In this document: positions 23,114-31,300 of the stretch, in pieces
Position numbering within the stretch: position 1 is the first letter of the stretch
Layout: each line of letters begins with the position of its first letter
Virus record (IMG/VR): IMGVR_UViG_3300046779_000353
Span: 1 to 36,927 of that record
Length of the DNA stretch: 36,927 nucleotides
DNA from: a virus
Taxonomy: Duplodnaviria; Caudoviricetes
Strand: one strand, 5' to 3'
Translations under genes and position numbers: made by a program
Notes under the pieces: generated by a model
Database searches by the model: none
What the model saw: only the letters and a program-made list of their open reading frames with translations
What the model was told of the DNA's origin: nothing

Positions 23114-23256
23114 CTGACTTTACCAAGTACGAAACCCAGCGTGAGATTCTGATCGACTACCTGCATGTCATGATCGCTAGATCGGATTGGCACGGCGTCT
23201 CAGATGTGGCCAACGATCTGCGTGAGCTGGAGGCCGAACAACGTGAAAAGAATTGA
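23110..23256 (+). CDS. Hypothetical protein (48 aa; not in the ORF track)
   Basis: ATGA coupling, GAGG RBS; MTDFTKYETQREILIDYL...DWHGVSDVANDLRELEAEQREKN. Confidence 0.65.
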   Translation: MTDFTKYETQREILIDYLHVMIARSDWHGVSDVANDLRELEAEQREKN

Positions 23257-23416
23257 CTACTGGAAGGCCAAACTAAAGGCCGCGCAGGTAGAAGAGCGCC
23301 AGCGCAATAAGGAGTACAACCAAATCGCCAACGCCTGGATGCGTGCGGTGGATAAATTAGAAACCATAGAACAGAAGGTCGAACATGAAAAAGCAAAGCT
23401 GGCGCGCACTGAATGA
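23243..23416 (+). CDS. Hypothetical coiled-coil protein (57 aa, GTG start)
   Basis: GGAGG upstream of GTG 23243; MKRIDYWKAKLKAA... Confidence 0.6.
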   Translation: MKRIDYWKAKLKAAQVEERQRNKEYNQIANAWMRAVDKLETIEQKVEHEKAKLARTE

Positions 23417-23579
23417 CGTTCTGTCGTCATTGTCAGAAGACGAGGTGTTCGCGCTACTGACGCATGAGACGTTGAACGAGCGCCGCAGCTCCCATCTGCA
23501 GCGCCTGCATCAGCGCTACTGCGCCCTGCGCGACGCCCGTGAACGGCTGGAGATCATGGCAAAGGCGGTACGTCCATGA
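23385..23579 (+). CDS. Hypothetical protein (64 aa)
   Basis: Operon continuity; SWRALN...RLHQRY. Confidence 0.65.
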   Translation: MKKQSWRALNDVLSSLSEDEVFALLTHETLNERRSSHLQRLHQRYCALRDARERLEIMAKAVRP

Positions 23580-23821
23580 AGTGTATGCAGTGCGGCAGTA
23601 AGACCCACGTTGTGAACACCACCCAGCAGCCAGGCGGCATCCGGCGGCAGCGCAGGTGCCCATCATGCAAGAACAATGCCTACTCAGCAGAAGTGTGGAT
23701 AGCAGGCAACGTAATGGTGGGAAAATCGATTTATACTAAGGACGAGGCGGCGTTGATAAAAAAGAAAGGTGTTGACGCCCGTCGTGCAAATGAAGACAGG
23801 AGGAAAGACGATGTTACGTGA
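23576..23821 (+). CDS. Zinc-ribbon protein (NrdR N-terminal / Ogr-Delta-like), possible regulator
   Basis: MKCMQCG...THVVNT...RRQRRCPSC: two CxxC pairs. Confidence 0.7.
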   Translation: MKCMQCGSKTHVVNTTQQPGGIRRQRRCPSCKNNAYSAEVWIAGNVMVGKSIYTKDEAALIKKKGVDARRANEDRRKDDVT

Positions 23822-23993
23822 TGGCTACTTTATCAAGGAAGAACCACCCAAGATCGGCGCGCACTACACGCCGCAGTTGTATCAGCGCGACTCTACGCCA
23901 GAGGAGCGGTTTGTTCAGGACATCATGCTGGGCGTGCCCATACGGTATGAATCGCCTGTGGTGAAGTTCTTGGGCAGGCTGTTGAGCGTATGA
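23811..23993 (+). CDS. Hypothetical protein (60 aa)
   Basis: AGGAGG RBS before ATG 23811. Confidence 0.65.
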   Translation: MLRDGYFIKEEPPKIGAHYTPQLYQRDSTPEERFVQDIMLGVPIRYESPVVKFLGRLLSV

Positions 23994-24178
23994 AGGAGCT
24001 TGTCCTCGTCTATTACGCGGCCATTGTGGTGGCGACCATTGGCTTTCTGGCGTTCTTCATCCCCGACCAGCCCCGGCCCACGCCATCTGATTGCGTGGTG
24101 GCCGAAATATCCCCCGACATGTCGGCGCGCGACCGTGAGGTCTGCCGGCAGTTACGCCAGCATCGTCACCGCATGTGA
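23990..24178 (+). CDS. Small membrane protein (62 aa)
   Basis: N-terminal TM helix, C-x2-AEISPD-x7-C; ATGA coupling; convergent overlap with the endolysin end. Confidence 0.65.
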   Translation: MKELVLVYYAAIVVATIGFLAFFIPDQPRPTPSDCVVAEISPDMSARDREVCRQLRQHRHRM

Positions 24179-24664
24179 CTTAGCCTCTGCTACCCGGCGC
24201 AGCCAACCTTTGCCGAAGGTTGCGAACGTCGGGAGCGCCTTATAGAACAGCTCCTTCTCCATGCTGAACTTGGCAATCAAGTCCTTCTGATTGGCGGTCT
24301 TTATCGCCTGCATGGTCTTGGAGCCGATGACGCCGTCAGGGTTCGTTCCGATCGCTTTCTGCAGGGTTCGGATGGCACGGCCAGGGCCAGCGTTGACCGC
24401 AAAGTCGAACATCAGATAGTCGAGGCCGGTTGGCAGCTCGTCGGCTCTGACCGCATCCCAGTATTTCTTGCGGTACATCGGTGCCACTGTAGCCGGGGTC
24501 AACGCCCGCATTTCGCTTTCGCCAACAGCTTTGCCGACCCATTCTTCCCACACTTTCTTGGTGACACCCAAGTTCGTCATGCCGCCTGGGTCTTTGGGGT
24601 GATTAACAAACCCGCCTTCGTGTTTAAGGATTGCCTTCAGGGCCGCGTCGAAGTTCTCTTTCAT
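24152..24664 (-). CDS. Endolysin, glycoside hydrolase family 108 with peptidoglycan-binding C-terminus
   Basis: HEGGFVNHPKDPGGMTNLGVT, FDFAVNAG, DGVIG and FGKGWLRRV motifs. Confidence 0.93.
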   Translation of the reverse strand: MKENFDAALKAILKHEGGFVNHPKDPGGMTNLGVTKKVWEEWVGKAVGESEMRALTPATVAPMYRKKYWDAVRADELPTGLDYLMFDFAVNAGPGRAIRTLQKAIGTNPDGVIGSKTMQAIKTANQKDLIAKFSMEKELFYKALPTFATFGKGWLRRVAEAKSHAVTMLA

Positions 24665-25136
24665 TTCTTAGTATCTCCTGACAAGCTGTTAATTGGTGGG
24701 CGATTTCGTCGGCTTCTGCGGCGAGGGCGATAAGAGCTTCCGCAGCCTCTCCTGAAAGTCGGGCTTTCGTTCCTCCATGATCGCTGCTGGTACTGGGGGC
24801 AGCACTGGGCACGGCGTTACTACGGTCTGGACACGAGGCGTCGATGAACAGCCCGTCATTACGAGCAGCACTAACAAACTGCTTGCGCTCCACTTCCACA
24901 GTCCTAACTTTGTCCACATAGACCTTCTCCACTTTGGTTTGTGTGTTTGCCAGCAGGTGTTCTAACTCCCGCACTTCGTCTTGCGCTTTAGCCAGAACCT
25001 TGCCAGCTTCGATTGCGGCAGTAGCCTTCTCCGCTTCCCACTCGGCTCTGGTTACTTTAACGCCTGTGTGATGTCCGTAGAAATACGAACAGATAACCAG
25101 CACTAGCGCCCCGACAATTACGTATGGGTTAGGCAT
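24624..25136 (-). CDS. Rz: Inner-membrane spanin (Rz-like); likely start ATG 25136
   Basis: N-terminal TM (YVIVGALVLVICSYFYG), coiled coils, C-terminal ADEIAHQLTACQ; in the lysis cassette. Confidence 0.8.
   Translation of the reverse strand: MPNPYVIVGALVLVICSYFYGHHTGVKVTRAEWEAEKATAAIEAGKVLAKAQDEVRELEHLLANTQTKVEKVYVDKVRTVEVERKQFVSAARNDGLFIDASCPDRSNAVPSAAPSTSSDHGGTKARLSGEAAEALIALAAEADEIAHQLTACQEILRNERELRRGPEGNP
24689..24919 (-). CDS. Rz1: Outer-membrane lipoprotein spanin (Rz1-like), fully embedded in Rz in another frame
   Basis: Hydrophobic stretch LLVLLVMTG followed by Cys (lipobox-like), then Pro-rich CPVLPPVPAAIM. Confidence 0.8.
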   Translation of the reverse strand: MWTKLGLWKWSASSLLVLLVMTGCSSTPRVQTVVTPCPVLPPVPAAIMEERKPDFQERLRKLLSPSPQKPTKSPTN

Positions 25137-25413
25137 CGTCAGTCTTCCCCGCTTTAATTGACTCAATCTTTTCCTGCCCGCGTGTCCAAGCAGAAATACC
25201 AAGGATTGCCATGAACGTAATGTGGATAAACCCACCTGATTGTAACGTCAAGGGGTTCCACTCACGGAAAGCGTCGTTAGCCGCTTGGGTCTCCCAAAAC
25301 TGCACAAGCGTCCACAGAACAGGAAACAGTATGAAATCGCACAAGCAAATCACCATGTACGTGATTGCCATCATAGGTCGCCACTTAGTCGTCATCCAAT
25401 CTGTCGGTTCCAT
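25129..25413 (-). CDS. Putative holin (GTA 3TM holin-like); likely start ATG 25413
   Basis: KWRPMMA...TM...TM...GISAWTRGQEK pattern; GGAGG RBS; upstream of spanin and endolysin. Confidence 0.7.
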   Translation of the reverse strand: MEPTDWMTTKWRPMMAITYMVICLCDFILFPVLWTLVQFWETQAANDAFREWNPLTLQSGGFIHITFMAILGISAWTRGQEKIESIKAGKTDDA

Positions 25414-25414
25414 G

Positions 25415-26032
25415 TCAGCCTCCTTGTTGAAACATCCACCACATAACCCAACAAAACGCGGCGACGATACAGGTAACCACAACAACTGTTGCCGCCAACT
25501 CAAAGTGCGCAAGCATCTCTTGCTTGGCGCGGCGCTTCTTCATTTCTTCAGCTTTGGCATGTAGCCGCTTTTCTGTTTCCGCTAGGCGCTGGGCTTCAGC
25601 TTTTGCCTCACGGTCGGAGCGCAGCTTATTCATGCGCTGCCAGAACTCATCCCACATCCCGGCTTCTTGAAAATGGTAGGTGAAGATGTGCTTGATGTCG
25701 TCGTAATATTGCTTGATCTGACGATCAATAATCATCAGCTCCATGACGTACTCAGCATCTGATACGTAGTCGGGCACCGGCTCGCCTTTGGCCACTGCCG
25801 CCTCTTGGGCAACCTTGGCCTCTTCAAGCTGACTGCGCTTGGTCTCGTACTTGCCGGCGGCTGAGAAGAACTTAGTGACGCCCGACATGGAGTCGGCTAG
25901 CGTCTTGCCGGACTCGACTGCACCGTTGATCTCGTCAAACGCTTCGCGGGCAAGAGCAGCCGCCTCTTTGACGCCAGTGACAACAGCCTTGACGCCCGCG
26001 ACCGCCAGACCGATTGTCACCGGATCGATCAT
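25415..26032 (-). CDS. Hypothetical membrane-anchored coiled-coil protein (205 aa)
   Basis: MIDPVTIG N-terminus, helical body, C-terminal TM segment. Confidence 0.7.
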   Translation of the reverse strand: MIDPVTIGLAVAGVKAVVTGVKEAAALAREAFDEINGAVESGKTLADSMSGVTKFFSAAGKYETKRSQLEEAKVAQEAAVAKGEPVPDYVSDAEYVMELMIIDRQIKQYYDDIKHIFTYHFQEAGMWDEFWQRMNKLRSDREAKAEAQRLAETEKRLHAKAEEMKKRRAKQEMLAHFELAATVVVVTCIVAAFCWVMWWMFQQGG

Positions 26033-26250
26033 TTATCCTGCTTGGCCTCTAGTCGGTCAAATATCTTGCCCAACATCTCTTTGACTTCGCGCATGTCGTC
26101 CTTGTAGTCCTCACGGGTGACGTAAACGTGCGGCATGGCACGCACGTCCGTGTCCAAGCGGTCGATCGAGCGGTGGATGTTGTTCAACACCCAGCCGCCG
26201 AAGAAACCGGCGATCGCAACCGCGATATTGAAAAGCACTTGCGAATCCAT
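26029..26250 (-). CDS. Small membrane protein with coiled coil (73 aa), lysis-region accessory
   Basis: N-terminal TM helix then YVTREDY...KIFDRLEAKQDK. Confidence 0.7.
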   Translation of the reverse strand: MDSQVLFNIAVAIAGFFGGWVLNNIHRSIDRLDTDVRAMPHVYVTREDYKDDMREVKEMLGKIFDRLEAKQDK

Positions 26251-26253
26251 GCG

Positions 26254-26778
26254 TCACTCGTAAATGATGTTAATGGTACCGGCGGCAAATGCGTCAGTGC
26301 CGTTAACTGTGGTGATTCGTAACCTATCTAACGTACCGGAAAGCGCAATTGTGCCACCACAAAAACACATGTTAGCAGCGTCAGATCTACCCAATACTGT
26401 TGTGCAAACCCAAACATTGCCCGTAATTGAAGTTATCGTGGCAGCTCCTTGATAGCGCACTGTTGCCGCATGGCCTGCGGACAATAAAAATCCCGCAGAA
26501 AGCGCAGAAACAGCAGATGTGGTGGTAAAAATTCCTGAAGTACCTACGTAGCCCGAGGTTGTTATGCTGCCTGCGCCAAGTTGAATTTGCGGAATTGACG
26601 TGCCGTTAGTCCCAACCCCCTGAAACATCACCGTAATGCGCTTTACCCACGACGGTATGCTTGTGAAGTCAATTGATGTACCCGACGTCGAGGCAACCGC
26701 TGTGGTTCTCTGTAAGCTGTCATACACAGCACCTGTGTTCGTGGTAACGCCTGCGCTACCGTTGATAATGACGGACAT
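26254..26778 (-). CDS. Tail-fibre head / receptor-binding-like protein, paralog 3
   Basis: DFTSIPSWVKRITVMF...RITTVNGTDAFAAGTINIIYE shared with two neighbouring genes. Confidence 0.7.
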   Translation of the reverse strand: MSVIINGSAGVTTNTGAVYDSLQRTTAVASTSGTSIDFTSIPSWVKRITVMFQGVGTNGTSIPQIQLGAGSITTSGYVGTSGIFTTTSAVSALSAGFLLSAGHAATVRYQGAATITSITGNVWVCTTVLGRSDAANMCFCGGTIALSGTLDRLRITTVNGTDAFAAGTINIIYE

Positions 26779-26780
26779 AA

Positions 26781-27368
26781 TCAGCCCTCGTAAAGAATGT
26801 TAATCGTGCCAGCGTCAAAGGTGTCTGTGCCGTTAACGGTAGTGATACGGACTTGGGTCAGTACATCGGATAGGGTTTTTGAGCCAGCAGAATATGGCAG
26901 TACATTTTGACCAGTATGATTGATAATTGCCGACTCTGTCCAAGTGTTAGCAGAGAGAAAATTTAAGAACACTGCCCCATTAAATGTATCTGCGGAAGTT
27001 GATAGTGAGACTGTTAATATAAACCCTGCAGTAGAAGTCGCGCTCGCTCCTGTTGTTTGAGAACGTGACGTATACCCAGTATTTTCAATGCCGCCAGAAT
27101 CGCCGAGTTGAAGCAGTAGGTTAGAAGTTCCGTTCGTGCTGACACCGTTAAACACTACTGTTATGCGTTTGACCCACGACGGTATTGATGTGAAGTCTAC
27201 CGAAGTACCCGATGCAGTGACAGCTGTACCAGACTTCAGTTGACCATACGCGCCGGTCGATGTGACATTAAACTGCGTCGTGCCATTACTTTGCAAGGCC
27301 AGATCGCCGCTAGTGTCAGCGGTCTGGATATAGCCCGTTGAGGTGGATGCGTTAAGAGTAACAGCCAT
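26781..27368 (-). CDS. Tail-fibre head / receptor-binding-like protein, paralog 2
   Basis: DFTSIPSWVKRITVVF...RITTVNGTDTFDAGTINILYEG. Confidence 0.7.
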   Translation of the reverse strand: MAVTLNASTSTGYIQTADTSGDLALQSNGTTQFNVTSTGAYGQLKSGTAVTASGTSVDFTSIPSWVKRITVVFNGVSTNGTSNLLLQLGDSGGIENTGYTSRSQTTGASATSTAGFILTVSLSTSADTFNGAVFLNFLSANTWTESAIINHTGQNVLPYSAGSKTLSDVLTQVRITTVNGTDTFDAGTINILYEG

Positions 27369-27370
27369 AG

Positions 27371-27550
27371 TTATTGCTCCGCAGAGGGTTCAGCCGGTGT
27401 CTCGACAGGCGCTTCGATAGGCGCTTCGACAGGCGCTTCGACAGGTGTCTCGACAGGCGCTTGTGCAGCCTCAATCGCCGCGATTTCTTCAGCTGTCAAT
27501 TCGACTTGGGTCACTTGACCAGTTTGTACGTCGACCACGATTCTGTGCAT
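27371..27550 (-). CDS. Small acidic protein (59 aa; not in the ORF track), possible fibre assembly chaperone
   Basis: GAGGT RBS; MHRIVVDVQTGQVTQVELTAEEIAAIEAAQAPVETPVEAPVEAPIEAPVETPAEPSAEQ. Confidence 0.7.
   Translation of the reverse strand: MHRIVVDVQTGQVTQVELTAEEIAAIEAAQAPVETPVEAPVEAPIEAPVETPAEPSAEQ
27396..27462. repeat. 12-bp tandem repeat (~5.5 units) encoding (V/I)E(A/T)P
   Basis: ggcgcttcgaca / ggtgtctcgaca units. Confidence 0.85.
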
Positions 27551-27559
27551 GATGACCTC

Positions 27560-28141
27560 TTATTCGTAAAGGATGTTGATGGTGCCGGCGTCGAACTGCT
27601 GCGTTCCGTCGATGTAAAGGCGAACACTGGTCAGGGTGTCAGATAGTGTTTTTGTGCCTGAGCCAAAGAATGTCCTTGTGCTTGTAGAATCATTTAAGTT
27701 GACAGACATCACCCAAACATTGCTACCCAAAGTAGCAATAGTCATTATCCCGCTGTAGGCAGCTCCAGCATTACCAAAAGTCCCCGCCAAAAACCCAGTG
27801 CTTACGTTTGTTGTTGAGGCTACTGTTGCGTTAAGTAGGTAACTCATACTTGAGCCATATCCGGTAGTTTCATAGCCGCCAGCATCGCCAAGTTGAACAA
27901 CAAGTGTCCCAGTGTTGTTTGGGCTTACGCCGTTAAACATCAAGGTAATCCGCTTAACCCAAGACGGTATGTTGGTAAAGTCAGGTGCTGTTTGATTGGT
28001 CAACGTAATCGTAGTACCCGACACAATCGGCGCTAACGTACCTGTAGTCGCAACCAACGTCTGCGTATTGCTGCCAGAGACAGCAGGAGCCGATATCGTA
28101 ATCGTGCCGCTGGTATCGCCTGAGAGAACTAAACTTGCCAT
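27560..28141 (-). CDS. Tail-fibre head / receptor-binding-like protein, paralog 1
   Basis: DFTNIPSWVKRITLMF...FDAGTINILYE; AAGGAG RBS. Confidence 0.7.
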   Translation of the reverse strand: MASLVLSGDTSGTITISAPAVSGSNTQTLVATTGTLAPIVSGTTITLTNQTAPDFTNIPSWVKRITLMFNGVSPNNTGTLVVQLGDAGGYETTGYGSSMSYLLNATVASTTNVSTGFLAGTFGNAGAAYSGIMTIATLGSNVWVMSVNLNDSTSTRTFFGSGTKTLSDTLTSVRLYIDGTQQFDAGTINILYE

Positions 28142-28157
28142 GATTACTCCTTAAAAT

Positions 28158-29048
28158 CTAAATCACTACCCAGCGACTGCCGGATGAGACGGTGACAATC
28201 ACCGGCGCGGTGATGGCGTCCAACGACACCGACTGCGAGGGTGACACTGTGTAGGTACCAATACCGCCGGTGCCCGTGCCTAATTCCGTAATCACCGTGC
28301 CTGCCGTAATGCTGGTGCCTACAATTACCGACCCCACCGCGACAGCGCCAGAGGTAGCCGTGTCAATCGTTAATGTCGTGCCTGCAATACTACCGGTGCC
28401 AACAAACCCGCCACCCAGCGTGATCGGGCCGGTCGTCATAGCGTTCTTGGTAGCTGGAATTGTATAACTGATCGTGACCGTCTGGTCGTTCTCAATAAAG
28501 ACCTCGTCGTTACCGCCGCCGGTCGCGCCTGCCGAGCCGCCCACTTGGCCCCACTGGTTATTGCTAAAGCCTTCAAACAGATCTAGCGTGCTGTTGTAGC
28601 GGAACATGCCTTCAGCTGGCACGGCAGGCCGGTCGGTCGTTGCGCCCACAGGCATCTGGACGTAACCAAAGCCGGAGAAGGTGACATCTTGTGTGGCCGA
28701 AAGAGTAGTGAACGCGCCAGTGTTGGGCGACACATCCCCGATCGGGGGCGGCGAGCCGAACGACAGGTTGTCCACAGGCACCAAGATGTTGTCCGTGGTG
28801 TATTGCGTTACGTCGTTGCTGTCGGTGATTACGAACTTGTACGCGATCGTTGGCTGCAGCCAGATGTTGGCCATGCCACGCGAGTCAAGGATGATCGGGT
28901 TGGCGTTAGCTGTTCCGCCTGCCTGGTCGGTGTAGGTCGCAATCGGGGTCGTCGTGCCGCCGGCGTAGGTGTAGACCTTACCAGCTACCAGCGGGTTACC
29001 GTTGGCATCGAAGAACTGCTGCTTGGGTGTTGGGGTTAGGGATGCCAT
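28158..29048 (-). CDS. Short tail fibre / tailspike adaptor with virion-attachment N-terminal domain
   Basis: [22 protein letters not shown]...[10 protein letters not shown]-terminus (tailspike head-binding-like); GATTDRP...[12 protein letters not shown] motif; C-terminal SGSRWVVI. Confidence 0.75.
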   Translation of the reverse strand: MASLTPTPKQQFFDANGNPLVAGKVYTYAGGTTTPIATYTDQAGGTANANPIILDSRGMANIWLQPTIAYKFVITDSNDVTQYTTDNILVPVDNLSFGSPPPIGDVSPNTGAFTTLSATQDVTFSGFGYVQMPVGATTDRPAVPAEGMFRYNSTLDLFEGFSNNQWGQVGGSAGATGGGNDEVFIENDQTVTISYTIPATKNAMTTGPITLGGGFVGTGSIAGTTLTIDTATSGAVAVGSVIVGTSITAGTVITELGTGTGGIGTYTVSPSQSVSLDAITAPVIVTVSSGSRWVVI

Positions 29049-31298
29049 TTAATCTTTCCTCATACTATTCTGGTTCTGATTCTGATCTTGCGGCGCCAAG
29101 GCATTTTTTACGGTAGCCGACACGTTAAATTTCCCGCGAGTTAGTTCAGGGCCGTACCGCGCAAAAGCCTTGTACACCCGCCCCCGATCGCCAAAAGGCA
29201 CTTCGTTCAGCATATCCTCAAAATTTTTGCCAGACTCAAACCCTTTTTCTAGTATTTTTGCCGTCTTAGCATTGATTTTGCCAGAAAGCTCGCTGAGTAT
29301 AGCGTTACCCACAGTAGCTTTGACGCCAAAAAACGGAACGCGTAACTTAAATTGATTTTGCGTAAATATGTCTTTAACGTCAGCCGCGCCTTTTTCAGCG
29401 CCAGATTTAATTTTTTGCCCGCGCTCTAGTTCGCCCGCAACTTCATCCAAAACTTTGAATTTGTTGCCCATCTCCACTTTGATGTCGTTGCGTCCGTGGC
29501 CAAATATTTCTTCCACCAATTCGGGTGACTCACCTCGAACTAACCGCAAAAAGTCGGACTTATCTGCTTTGCCGTACAAGTTGCGGGCAACTTGCGCCAT
29601 CTTGCGCTGGTTGATGACGTCCATGCCATGCGAGAAGGTGTCAAGATAATCTTTCCAGCCAGTGCCGCCCGCTTTGATGATGGCGTCGTCAATCAACGGG
29701 CGTACTTCCCCTAACAGGCGAGCCGCGTATTTGGCCGACGTTTTAGGGTCTTTACCCACCATCAGTCTGTCAATTACTTCGTTAACCGTATCTTTGCGGA
29801 TACTGTAAAGAGCATTGACGTCAATGACGCCGCCGTTGCGGGCTGTCCACTCTTTAATTTTTCTGGCTACTGCTGTTAGTACTTGACGGTTAACGTCCGA
29901 CACACCAACTCTAGGATTGTTTAGTTTAGCGTTGATGTCACGAATAACGCCGTCAGTGTCTAGTGGTGACAACCCTTCTGCTTTTAGGCTGTCAGCACGA
30001 CGTTGAGCAAAACGAGAACCTTCGCCATACAGTAATGATTCTTCAGCCGCGCGGGTGGCCACGCGTTCTGCTGCGTCTTCCATTTCGCCGGTAAACTTCA
30101 GTCTATCTGCGCTAACGTTTGGTGATAGATCGGCCTGAGTTTTAGCCGCATTCAGCCGCTGACGCGCAGCTGTAAACCGACGCACGTCATCTACCTTATT
30201 TGCTGCTGCTGTACCAAGCGTAGACGCTTCGGTTTCCAGTTGCTGTTGTAGTTTGCCAGTGTTAGACGCTTTTAAATTAGTCTCACGCATCGGCGTGGTG
30301 ATGTCGGTTAGCGCTTGTTTTGACGCAAGCAAACTATTAGCAATCTCTGTGTTTGTTGCGCCGCCCGCCAGATTGTCTAACCTAGATTGACGGGTTTCCT
30401 CACGAAACTTATCTAATTTAGCGTAAAAATTCTTAGTGTCTTTAATGCGCGCTAGTTCGCCTAACGCCTGAATTTGATTGCGGTCAAGATCGGCAAACAT
30501 TTCAGCTGCGCTTAAATTGCCTTGCTTACTTCTTATTAACGCTTCAATTTTTGGTAAGTCTTCCCCGGCAGCTTCTCGCGCAATTTTGGCCGCAGAACGT
30601 TCTGCGCCACCTTTAAATTTATCGACGATATACCCACCCCCTGCCGCAAATGGCGTCAGTGGGTTAGTGTATTTAGCTGCAGTATCAAAACCAGTAACTA
30701 ACGCTCTCTCCAATGGGATTACGTCAGTTGTTTTAGTTAACTTGCGTTGCCCCTTACCCGCAAGTTTTGACACGCCGGCGCCGCCACTAAGTACGGTAGA
30801 CAGGTCGCCCAAAAACCCAATAGGGTCTTCGGCCATTGTGCGTTTAAGTTCTTCTGTGCCACCAAAGCGTTCGGCCAAATAATTTGCAAAATTTTCACGC
30901 GCCGCTATCGCGCGTTCACGGGAATCGCCACCATACAAAATATTGGGTGTGATCGGCTCCATAATGCCGCCTAGCAGATCGCCTAGCCCGGTTGTGGTCT
31001 GTATTGGGCTGGTGATGGCTTGCGCTACGTCAGTCACTAATTTTATGCCGCTGGCGGGCGCGTTACGCAGCGCAGCGCCTGGCACTTCACTTAATTCGTA
31101 ATTGCGCCGCGCAGGTATTTCGCTAACAGGTTGCCCTGAAGTTTCTGCTGCCCTAAAAAAATCTTCGGGCACCGAAGTTTCTTCTTGCTCTTGTGCTTTT
31201 GCTTCTTTGTACGCGGCAGCCACCGTGTCAAATTCCGGCGTACCTTTCTTATCCGCGTTTTTAACAATCCACGCTGCGTAATCGTCGGCAGTGGCCAT
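29049..31298 (-). CDS. Putative DNA ejection / internal virion protein (P22 gp16 position, 749 aa)
   Basis: Large helical, A/K/R-rich protein, third of three in the ejection-gene position; relatively AT-rich DNA. Confidence 0.6.
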   Translation of the reverse strand: MATADDYAAWIVKNADKKGTPEFDTVAAAYKEAKAQEQEETSVPEDFFRAAETSGQPVSEIPARRNYELSEVPGAALRNAPASGIKLVTDVAQAITSPIQTTTGLGDLLGGIMEPITPNILYGGDSRERAIAARENFANYLAERFGGTEELKRTMAEDPIGFLGDLSTVLSGGAGVSKLAGKGQRKLTKTTDVIPLERALVTGFDTAAKYTNPLTPFAAGGGYIVDKFKGGAERSAAKIAREAAGEDLPKIEALIRSKQGNLSAAEMFADLDRNQIQALGELARIKDTKNFYAKLDKFREETRQSRLDNLAGGATNTEIANSLLASKQALTDITTPMRETNLKASNTGKLQQQLETEASTLGTAAANKVDDVRRFTAARQRLNAAKTQADLSPNVSADRLKFTGEMEDAAERVATRAAEESLLYGEGSRFAQRRADSLKAEGLSPLDTDGVIRDINAKLNNPRVGVSDVNRQVLTAVARKIKEWTARNGGVIDVNALYSIRKDTVNEVIDRLMVGKDPKTSAKYAARLLGEVRPLIDDAIIKAGGTGWKDYLDTFSHGMDVINQRKMAQVARNLYGKADKSDFLRLVRGESPELVEEIFGHGRNDIKVEMGNKFKVLDEVAGELERGQKIKSGAEKGAADVKDIFTQNQFKLRVPFFGVKATVGNAILSELSGKINAKTAKILEKGFESGKNFEDMLNEVPFGDRGRVYKAFARYGPELTRGKFNVSATVKNALAPQDQNQNQNSMRKD

Positions 31299-31300
31299 AA

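Noticed and set aside
25221-25229. Second perfect DnaA box
   Set aside because: Isolated and inside the holin coding sequence; compatible with chance.
27374-27646. Plus-strand ORF with RRFD repeats
   Set aside because: Antisense shadow of the 12-bp repeat in the minus-strand 59-aa gene, which has an RBS and fits the operon.
26254-28141. Diversity-generating retroelement or invertible shufflon acting on the three paralogs
   Set aside because: No reverse transcriptase or recombinase gene, no near-identical TR/VR pair with adenine-specific differences seen, and all copies are in the same orientation.
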